DNA of 64,000 bases. It comes from Leptogorgia sarmentosa. Lineage: Eukaryota. The notes beneath the pieces are model-generated. The model saw nothing but the letters and a program-made list of their open reading frames with translations. It made no database searches and was not told the DNA's origin. Location of the stretch: the NCBI GenBank assembly GCA_964658305.1, contig OZ210884.1, positions 1,922,001 to 1,986,000 on the forward strand. Direction: 5' to 3'. Below are positions 15,232 to 25,746 of the stretch, piece by piece; within the stretch, counting starts at the first letter, position 1, and the number at the start of each line of letters is the position of its first letter. The position numbers were made by a program, and so were the translations under genes.

Positions 15232-18200
15232 TTATGGCTCCACTGTGAGCCGTCCTTTCTGATTACGATTGCTGAAGTTGTTATTTCTTGTGCACATGTA
15301 GTAATATTCACCGGGTGGAAATTTCAATAGCATACCACGATACGATGCTGGAGCGTTGTTCAACTCATCATTAAGCTTCGTCTTTGTGCTAAAACGCGAC
15401 ACACTGTCGTAATAACCAGCGGAAGCCATACTCGTTGCAAGATCGTCACCGGTCTTCGTGTCAGCGTCGCTTGACCAGATAATTTTCGCGTTAGTGAACA
15501 TCGTTGATTGTTGTTTCGAGGTTAAGGGATAGTTTACGGAGGGGTCTACCATTTCAACAATATTGCTTCGATCGGTACCTGGGTAAAGATTACACAAAAG
15601 TAAATACGACTAGTACATTACATACAAAAAATGAATGTTTATCCGTGAAATGGTAAACCATTTTTTCTAATGATGAAGATGAAATGTTGTATTAAACGAG
15701 GCAATAGGCGAGCGAAATTACCGAAATAAAATAGTCTTTGCATTGCGCGAATAAAAAGATTCATTGTTTGTTTTTATAGTACAAAAATAGGCTATTGCTT
15801 TTCAAGAATTATAAAAATATAAACGGAGTAAACACACTGCGATCACTGTGTCAAAAGTGAAAAGCGTGTTGGAAACCTGGAGTGCAATAGTTATCGTACT
15901 ATTGCACTATTGGAAAATGAAACCTTTTATTCAATATCACGTGACCATAATTAACCGATCAAACGACCTGGGCAACGTAGTATTATATAAATTGGGATGA
16001 TAGATTCACGTTTCCGGTTAAATCAAAGCTCAACTTATAATTCGCAATAAATTACACGTACCATCAGTCCCTTGACCATCATTGTCATTCGGGTTGGTGT
16101 TTGAACCTTAAAAATGAATCATCGTGAGGCCATTGTTTTGTTATCAAAAGTATACAGTGTTAATCAACTGTATGTTTAGAATCAATTTTGAAATCGGCGG
16201 CAAATTATACATAAATTTACTGCATACCTACGTACAGTATTAAAAAATCAACAGTTTGTTATAACGGCAAAACCAGTAGCTACCGACTTACCTGTCCACT
16301 GGATATGTACCAAACTTGTACTTGGAATTGTCAAGCGTTTTGGGATAAAGTCGTATTCGACTGCGGGATAAACCTGTACGATATTTCCACGTTTCCCTCG
16401 AACGTTCAGATTATAGATGACGTCGGAATTTAACGCAGCGTTACGCCTGGACACGAGTTTGAATAAGTGTGATCGATCTTGAAATGTGCGTCCAAATTGA
16501 GCTGTGTTGATGGCGAGTTTTAATGCCATCTGAACTTTGCCAACTGTCACTGTTGGGTTGTTTTCAACTGGAGATTTTACACCATTATCACTAAATACAA
16601 AAACGACCTATTTGAGGATAATGGTTACTATAGAAACGTCGCTTGGGCAAGGTTAGCTGAGTGAACGGTCACAGATATCGATGATGATTCGTTCTTATTC
16701 TGTCGAGGCCTAGTTATTGTTTAATTTTACATTTTTGTTGATAAAAAGGTACTATTATCAGGGGCGTAAAATCAGAGAGGGTTTTAGCGATTAGATGATC
16801 TAAATGTCGAAAATTTTCTTGCTCGACCCCAAGCATGGATTTCGCAACGCGAAATTCCTGCTCCCCTCCATTTTTATCGGCAAATTTTCGAAAACAAAAC
16901 GCGCCAATCAAAATGCACCACCATATGTTGGCCTTCAGTTTAAATTAAAACGTCAAGCAAGCTTTTAACGGGTGCATTCTTAACGAAATCGACAATACTT
17001 ACGGATTATTGTTTTTATCCCCGAACGTATTAAATGGTGGGTAATCTCCGGTGGAAATGTTGTACCTATGGAGAAATTTAAGAAGAAATTACCTTCTGCA
17101 GATTTACCAACACGTTAGCAACAGTATCAAATTAACATGGCAGTTTCTTCATCATGCTCAATATTTCACTGAAAAGATCAATGGCTTGTTTTCCACATTG
17201 GATTAAAAAAAACAAATAAAAACCATGTACAATATGCAGTGGGCAATTTTAGGAAAAAAAACAAACTAATTCATTGGTATACAGCATTTGAAAATGCTAA
17301 GTCTTTGGAGAATGCTGTAAATTTGAAAATGATGTAATGAAAATGCTGTAAATTTATCATAAGATTTAGTCGTAAAATTAAGTTTGAAATTTTTTATAGT
17401 ATCGATTTTCGTTAAACATGAAGACGCACGTTTCTATCACTAACTAACCTTAGTCGTAACACGCATCTTTGTGTATTACCAGACGGAAAATGTGGAATAA
17501 CCCAATCGTAACGTGCAGGAACGACACCACGTGCATTCCCTAAATGATTTGATCTTGTGTATGGAGCTCTTCGACATTCTGGTGGAGCCAGTGCAACCAG
17601 GCATCGTTTTAGTGATCCCACGTCATTGCCAGCCATTTTCAAATTGTCAATGTCTTCCGAGCGATAGGGAATAGCCCAAATAAGAGGAGTTTCCGTAGAA
17701 CTAGCAGCTTTACATGCAGCTTCTGTTTGATACTGGGGGGATTCTTCCAAATAATTGCTGAATGAAACCCAGAAGCCTCCATTGTTTTCGCACTCCGCTT
17801 TGTTGCTGATAGGCGAGTCATGGCGGAAACCGTCCGCTTTTGAATTGTAGTATTGAAGACATTCCTCTGCAGAAATATATGTACAAACTTTCGTTATGAA
17901 TAGTGCTGGCCGGGAAACTGCATGATCGATCTACCTGCCGAAGATTTATCTGAATTTCGACACCATGGTTCATGCAGTTGTGTATCAAAGTAATTTAAAA
18001 TTATGTATATATAGTTAGGTGCGGAAGTTCACTAATCAGAAACGTTTAGCGCGTTTAGCTAACAGTTAACTACGAAACATAGTTAAGTGTTTTATACCAT
18101 CGCACGAGATCAAGACAGGGGAACAGAATAATCACGCAAACCAAATGCGATAATTGTGCTATTGTACCTTGGCTGTATTTAAAAGTGGTGTCATTTCGTA

Positions 18201-21200
18201 TGCATGTTAATTAATTAATATTGCCGTCCAAAATTGTGTCAGAAAACGATTTAAGTCAATTACTATTCTGATGTTTTCGCTTTGTACAGTAAAATTATAA
18301 GGCAAACGTTTTTTCTCATTTTCGCTAGGTTATATGAACAGTTTAAAAAAATGAAGCTTAACCATCGCGGCAGAGTTTAAAGGGACTGACCTTTAGGCTT
18401 GACATTAAAACTTTCTCTCTGGTAATATTGGCACATATTGTCGTTATGAGCAAAGACTGCAATGTCAGTCCAATCAGTGGGATGCCAGTACGGATAGTAA
18501 TCCCGCTCTTCAGGACATTCGTAACCACTGCGGCCTCCATTTGCATTTTGTCGGGTGTACTTGGTTGTGTCGCCTTGTAGTTGTTGGTCAGCAGTGAATA
18601 TTCCTATAAATAATACAAAAAAAAACAAACAAACACCTGTGTAAACATTACAAATATACGATTTTTAGGAATTTTAGTTTCGTAGAGATAATGGCGGCCA
18701 ACAGATTTTTGCTGTAGCTACTATAGATATGTAATTTTTGACGCTACCGAAGGTTTTCGTTCTTGGGTACATTAATGGCTTTTGCTTTTAGTCTATCGTA
18801 ATTATGTTATCGACTAACTGATTCTCAAGTAAGAAATTAAAGTCTATACCTCCAGTTGCTCCTGTGTTGTCACTAAACAAAAATGGGAAACGGAAATGTC
18901 CTAAAAAAAGAAAAACAAATGAAGTTAAGCATTGTTTTACAAGACTGAAGTTCAATCATTATTCTTTCAATAATTGTTTGCTATTATTTGTAAAAAAAAC
19001 CCAGCATCGAAATATTTTTCAGTTCTCTACCACAGCGGACTCTTTTTTGCATTAGCAATTACTGGCATGTTGCTTTTCTATTTGCATTAGATTGTGGTGC
19101 ACAAAGACAACTATTAGACACGTTTCAAATGAATTACTGTGGTCAATAGAAACAGTTGCAAAAAAACAAACAAATTCTTAGTACATTCTTATTGTCCACA
19201 TTCTTCTTGAAGCAGTTGTTGAAATGAAAATCATTAGTTAGTAAGCAAAAAACAATAGCTGGTTAGAAGATCCCATATATGTTTTTCAAAACAATTTACC
19301 TGGATATGATCTCCTTTTCCTCCCATCTGAAAAGAAAATGAGAAAAAAATAAGAAGAAGTAGAGTTGTGGATGTATCTTTTGCATAATTTGTATGTAAGA
19401 TAATTTGTAATAGCATAAAATACATTGTGTGAGTAGTCTGTGATGGCAGATAATACAGCTATTAGACATTGTATTGTTTCATTTGTAAAGATATATAAAA
19501 AAGTGTTACTCGACTCTGATTGGTTCATTTCAGTGCAGTTAATCAAAAATCACAGTGCAATTTTTGTAAACAAAGTGCAATTCTCTGTAATCACAGTGAC
19601 ATTTTCTGTAATCACTTTGAACCAGTCAAATTAGAGCTCAAACGACAAATTTCTTCAAACAAAACAAACATGGCGGCCGCACTATTTAACAAAGTAAAAA
19701 TTGTCTTCGGGTCGAAAATTTGGCTTTCACCTATTTCTCAAAATCGGATAAAACTTTATCTCAAACATGACTAAAAAAAGTTTGGTGCTTGGGTAAATTT
19801 TAAAAACCCTTTTCGCAAGCAAAAACCATGCAAGAAAACTTTGGTGGTGAAATTTCGGTTTGAGACGCATAAAGTTTACACTACAATTGTCTCGAATACT
19901 TTTACTTGTACATTATTAATAAGTAATGGCATGGTTTTTCGTGAAATTTGAGTATAATATGCACTCGTGATTTTTCGAAAAACCTCAAATATACTACTCC
20001 CAACTATGCTTTTACCTTTACTTCTATTGCTTCCATAATCGCACTGCATGTGCATGTCGGCACATATTTTTCGGCTCTCTCAATTACACGCATAATTCAG
20101 GGTTTCAATATTCATATTAATTCAACTGTTATCGATATTTTCTATCAATGGTAGTCGAAGCAAAGCAGTTGCAGATATGATATTGCGTGAAATATGGTAC
20201 TGCTCGTACATGCCGTCCTGTGTTTGATGATAATCGGTCGCTTCTGTACAGTTTTACAGAAATATTATAATTATTATGTGTTCTATGTCCGATTCTACCA
20301 AAACAAGTATAGTATTTTCAATTGATTTCTACGACGTGTTGTCGAATCCAGCTTTATCCCAGTCAACTCCAATCAAAATTTTTTCTAATTAAGAAATATC
20401 ACTTACTGATTGCACATACACCCCATGGTCCGACCTGTGCTGCCGTTCCACACCATAATGTTTTACCATAGTCAACCGTTGTACAGGAGTAATACTTTAC
20501 GTTTTTATAAAGAAAGGGAAAATGGCAGCAATTTCCTGATCTTGTTTTAACCGAACAAGTGTTGGCTGAAAAAATAACGTTAAGCTTTGGTTAACTTTAC
20601 ACCATTGTAGTTCAAAACATTTTTACCAAAAAATAAATGTCAAACTCAAAGCATTCATCTATCGGTGTCCGAAATGGTTTTATATTTCTGATAAACAGTA
20701 AGTCAATAAAATGGTTGTTACGATTTTTGTAATTAACATTTCAATTGGTTGCCAACTATATTATCATTATCATGTCTAATTAAGAAATATCACTTACTGA
20801 TTGCACATACACCCCATGGTCCGACCTGTGCTGCCGTTCCACACCATAATGTTTTACCATAGTCAACCGCTGTACAGGAGTAATACTTTACGTTTTTATA
20901 AAGAAAGGGAAAATGACAGCAATTTCCTGATCTTGTTTTAACCGAACAAGTGTTGGCTGAAAAAATAACGTTAAGCTTTGGTTAACTTTACACCATTGTA
21001 GTTCAAAACATTTTTACCAAAAAATAAATGTCAAACTCAAGGCATTCATCTATCGGTGTCCGAAATGGTTTTATATTTCTGATAAACAGTAAGTCAATAA
21101 AATGGTTGTTACGATTTTTGTAATTAATATTTCAATTGGTTGCCAACTATATTATCATTATCATGTTTGATGCCTTACTCCGTTAATTAGAGCAATTAAC

Positions 21201-24200
21201 ATGTATATATTTATTTGTATCTGATGAGAATTTATTCAATAGCTGATTTCCGCTTCCTCTGTATAACCAACACTTCATACAAATATCCAGCAATCTTCTA
21301 ATTATTTGTGGAAAATCACTCACTGCTCAGGCAATCGTCCCATGTTGAGCGACTGTTGGTCGCTTGGGTTTGAGTTCCACACCATAATTTGTTTCCATAA
21401 TTAACCGTTGTACACGAGTTATACTTCTTGCCTTGATAGTTAAATGGAAATACGCAGCATTTTCCGGATCTAGTTTTCACTGAACAAACGTTGGCTGAAA
21501 GAAAAACATTTTCATGTAACTATAACATTTCCTGCAATCTAATTGGTCCAGAGTGACCGTCTCTGATGTTATAGTTACTGGCTAGCCAGTATCTTTAAAT
21601 TTTTCATATTTCTTCAATTTGAAATGGCTGCACGGTTTGCTGGAGTTACACAGGAATAAATAGAGAAAATTAAACAAGAAAGCACCGCCAAGAAAACAAA
21701 ACAGGCGACAAAAAATGGTTAAAAAATCTTTCAAGGTGAAATATTTTATTTAGCATTATTTTTATCCAACAAAACTGGCTTTTTTCACTAGCAAAGTGGT
21801 GATATGAGCGTGACTTATTTTATGTGAACAACTATAAGCAAAGTAAACAAAACTTGACTGATTCCTAATTAACAGACTGTCAGTTTGACCTGGAAGTGTA
21901 TACTAAAACAATTTGTCGCCTCGGGCTCGGTGATTATAAGCCTCCCTGAGGCGCGAAGCGGCGAAAGGCTTCTAATCACCTCGCCTTCGGCGACTACTGG
22001 AATATACCATAAGTACCATTATAAACATGAAGCATCCAAATACCCGTCGGGGAATTGGATGAATATTTTTGGATGAATAGTATTATTCGTTGAATTATTT
22101 CATATTATATTTGATTTATGACTCCGTTGAAATGATTTTTATCAACCTTTCCATTTCGACGACATGATATTACTGTACGCGATTCGCGCTTATGCTCAAC
22201 AAACCTCATGGAAATATAGAGGTTTTTTTCATGGAAACTAAGAAATATCACTCACTGGGCTCAGTAGAAGTGCTCAAGCAATCGTCCCATGTTGAGCGAC
22301 TGTTGGTCGCTTGGCTTTGAGTTCCACACCATAATTTGTTTCCATAATTATCCCTTGTACACGAGTTATACTTCTTGCGGTTATAGGTAAATGGAAATAC
22401 GCAGCATTTCCCAGATTTAGTTGTGCTTGCACAGCGTACTCCTGCAAAATAACATAAACCTTTTGTTTCAACTTAGTATTGTCCGAAATTTATAATCTTC
22501 TCATAATCAACGAATTTATAATGTTAAGATTTTATATTTTTTTAACAGAAAATGAAATTGACGGTATGGCCTTTTCTCCACTAAGCAACGTAACTGACCT
22601 AAACGCTTTCTTTTGTTGCATTTGTCATACCATTCCCAGGATTCGTGAAGACCATTGGAAAATGTTGATGAGACACTCGTCAACTGCTGGTCCTTTTCTG
22701 AGCGACTGGCGTACCAATCTTCATTATATTGCGGAGTTGCTTCTTCATGCCCTATAGGTGGATTAAAAATTATCAAGGCCCGTTTACAACGGAAATTTTT
22801 GCTCCGAGTTTATACTGACATCAAGTGAACTAAACTTTTCTCTTTCAAAGTAACAAATAAATTTTAACTATTAATATTTTCATGCTTTAATTTTTACACC
22901 AGGTTCGAACTACAAACGGACCAAGATAGGCGACCGTACATGTCTAGCATTCTCACCATTTCTCATAGTGTTCAACGTTTTATCTTTTGTGTCTTTTTGG
23001 CATCGATATTGAAGAACAAAGTTGCAATTCAAATCTCGATCGTTGCAGCCATGTTGGTTTGTCCATTCTATCGTTAACACAGATCTTCCTTGATTACTTG
23101 TATGTCCTTTGCCACTCTGAAAATAGTGCTGAAAAACGCGGACACGACATTTCAGAATTTAGTCGTGAGGTTGCAGGGAATGTTAGTTTAGGATGTTCAA
23201 GCTGGATGAGAGATCATTGCACGACGAGTTTTGTTTCGTGTTTTACTGACTAGAGTCCGTGTAGGCTTACGAGTAAGCGAGATTTGCTGTTAAAATTTGC
23301 CAGTATCTCTTCCTTGTACTCATAAAACAAATTTAACTTCACAGTTGGGTCGTTTCTACGATTATTATTATCCACTCGTTGTAGTGGATCTCATTAGTAA
23401 CTAGAAGCAGACAATATCCGTCACTGTTGGAGTTTGAAGTCATTTTACTTGCGCGAAAAACTTACTTTGATGGATTATTATTTTTAAATTGCAGCCACTG
23501 CTTCTCAGTTAATGTAAATATTAATGTCTAAGTTTTTTCTGATCGACTTACTCTGTACATACAGGAGTGTATAAAAAGAGCTAGTCCCTAAAATTCAAAT
23601 TAGTCATAATTATAGTGATCGGATTAAATTGTTTTGAGCTGCCTAGTGTTGACGATATGTCACACAAACATGATTTATTTACGAAGGAAATGTCCCATAA
23701 CTGAAAAATCCTTTGTCTTGAGGGTCGCTCAATGATTGCAAGCAATAATGCTCGTTTAGTGAATTAAATACCATGCGGCTAATTTGAATTTCGAAGACAA
23801 GTAGGGTTTTTTCGCTACTTTCGCCATTGAGCGAGAGTAACAAACCCAAATGTATAAAATACTTGTGTGGAATACATGATGCTTTGTCGCCGGATACATT
23901 TATTTACCAGGCCTACTTCAGGGTGCCAGATTGCCTAAAATCGCCTAAGATCACCTATGGTCGCCTGAGAACGCCTAAGATCGCCTGAGATCGCCTGAGA
24001 ACGCCTAAAATTGCTCAAGATTGCCTATGATCGAGATATATTACATACGATGAAATAAGGATTCTGGACTTAATAGGGAGTCTGAATTGAGAGAAGGCAT
24101 CAACTTTTTTTTATAATCCCAAATAATCCTTACATAATATCACCCAATATTGTTTGTCTCGTAGCAAATTTGTATTACATTTTTAGCAGAAAAAAAACAT

Positions 24201-24914
24201 TATAGATTCAGCGGGCTGTAAACTTACCATGTTAAATTGCTCATCCTCTTTTTTTGATGGTTGGTCTGTTTTATCGCCAACATTGTATCCACCTTTAGCA
24301 TTGTTCTTAAAATGTTTGAGAAGTAGGAATATCAAATGTTTGGACCTTTGAAACAGAGTTGCAAAAACGCTGCGGATATGCGCGTACCACGCGGAGGGAG
24401 GTTTCCCTATGTGAGGTGAACGAGGAAAGTTTCAGCAGAATAGTACCTAATCAGTAGAAACTAGCAATAAATTTCCATGCAATTTTCAATGACGTAATCT
24501 AATCGTAATTTGGCCATATAAAAGGTGCTTTACACAGATATTTTAACAAGTGAATACTTGACATTATTATACGACAATGACGTCATTTTACCATATAATG
24601 GCAAAACAGAGTGCAGATACCCAGCCGTAATGCACTCGCCGTATTGCACTCTAATATACTTGTTTGAAACCGGTTTGCTTGCGATCTCAAAACAAAGCAA
24701 TAAAAGCCAATTAAATGGCCAACGCGAAATATAAGTTATTTAAATGTTAAATTATCAGAACTACAGTTGTGTGTCGTATAATAAATTCCTTATTTAATGG
24801 TTTGACATGCAATACGGCCTGGTATTTCACTCGTTTCTCGCATTTTCCTCGCCCTGCGGGCTCTGAAAAATACTTACGAAACTCGTAAAATACCAGGCCA
24901 TATTGCATGTCAAA

Positions 24915-24957
<43 letters not shown>

Positions 24958-25746
24958 CATATTATATTATTTGATATTATATATCTATGACAATTGATCA
25001 TTTTCAATGCTTTTGACATTATGTAGATAAATGTCAGTGCTGGTAGTCTGGTGCAACATAACCAATCCTGCAATGGAGCATACAGAGCTAGAGTATTCCT
25101 TGTAGACTAAAACAGATATTTGTAGAAATGCAGTAGAAGTAAGAAACAGTTTACAGGGCCTTTTTTAGGATTTTTCAGTGGGGGTTGGCCAAACACGAAG
25201 AAGAACTTTAATGAAGGATGGAAATTTCATTACAAAATAGGAAGGATGGAATTGAAAGGGAAATAATTATAAATCAAAAAAGAAATCTACATTTAAGCCG
25301 GGTTCTGGCCGCCCTCCCCCAGAACATTTTTGGATTTTTGAGTTCTCTCTTTTGGGCAACATGGGTGTAGGTTTTAGCCCCCGAGTTTATATAGGTTAAA
25401 AAGATCCTGTCATTTTGTTTTAGGCTGTAAAACTCACCTGAGAGTCGAACAGTCGATTGTTATTTCCTCTATTAGCATTAGCTCCATTCAGGCGATTATT
25501 TGAACCTCTGGGATTGTGAAGAAAAATATCCGCGTCACTCAAACTAACCAATAGACCTGCCGGACAAAGAGCGCAAATTATTAAACAAGAAACTTATAAT
25601 TATTTATTTGCAATTTTTTAACACACTGTAAAAAGAAAAAGTTTCGTGTTGATTTCGCAAAGTGAAAGTTGTTAACAAACATTAAAAAACGACTGTTTAC
25701 CTGCTATAATAACAGTGGCTGCTGGAGACAAACAAACAAACGCCAT
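15232..25746 (-). CDS. DD3-3-like secreted protein with 4 inserted FN2 domains, copy B (~901 aa with all exons; ~650 aa without the cassette)
   Basis: Coding exons in order: 25701-25746 (MAFVCLSPAATVIIA), 25438-25556 ([14 protein letters not shown]), 24228-24305, 22957-23128, 22599-22751, FN2 22256-22441, 21324-21494, 20798-20956, 20407-20565, micro-exons 19300-19326 and 18850-18900, then 18391-18603, 17449-17866, 17003-17065, 16292-16590, 16062-16106, 15232-15578. Total 2706 nt, in frame, all GT-AG. Confidence 0.88.
20407..20565 (-). CDS. FN2 domain exon 4 of copy B
   Basis: Near-identical to exon 3 (one T/A amino-acid change); 159 nt, gtaagt donor. Confidence 0.82.
20798..20956 (-). CDS. 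FN2 domain exon 3 of copy B
   Basis: NTCSVKTRSGNCCHFPFLYKNVKYYSCTAVDYGKTLWCGTAAQVGPWGVCAI; 159 nt, phase 1-1. Confidence 0.82.
21324..21494 (-). CDS. FN2 domain exon 2 of copy B
   Basis: NVCSVKTRSGKCCVFPFNYQGKKYNSCTTVNYGNKLWCGTQTQATNSRSTWDDCLS; ttttcag acceptor, gtgagt donor; 171 nt. Confidence 0.85.
21517..22020 (+). mobile_element. Crypton-like non-autonomous element
   Basis: Decayed ORF start at 21624, MAARFAGVTQE*IEKIKQESTAKKTKQATKNG*KIFQ, resembles the N-terminus of animal Crypton/KIAA1958-like proteins. Palindrome at 21915-21993. Confidence 0.55.
22256..22441 (-). CDS. FN2 domain exon 1 of copy B
   Basis: VRCASTTKSGKCCVFPFTYNRKKYNSCTRDNYGNKLWCGTQSQATNSRSTWDDCLSTSTEP matches the FN2 pattern C-x-FPF-x-Y...Y..CT...WC...W..C; phase 1-1, 186 nt. 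Confidence 0.85.
23930..24030. repeat. 10-bp minisatellite (ATCGCCTAAG-like) x ~10
   Basis: Directly visible, degenerate. Confidence 0.9.
24550..24918 (+). mobile_element. Palindrome-ended repeat (second copy at ~63595-63915)
   Basis: Direct alignment of the two copies; hairpin at 24797-24918; 14-bp ATTGCACTCGCCGT repeats (about 2 versus 4 copies). Confidence 0.75.
24917..24954. repeat. (AT)n microsatellite
   Basis: Directly visible. Confidence 0.95.

Larger units (their letters stand above)
20384..21166. repeat. 391-bp tandem duplication (FN2 exon plus intron), two copies
   Basis: 20384-20774 versus 20775-21165; about 4 substitutions seen by eye. Confidence 0.95.

Noticed and set aside
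23930..24030. CRISPR-like periodic repeats (also 35110-35195 and 8640-8716)
   Set aside because: These are contiguous tandem units without unique spacers, there are no cas genes, and the context is eukaryotic.
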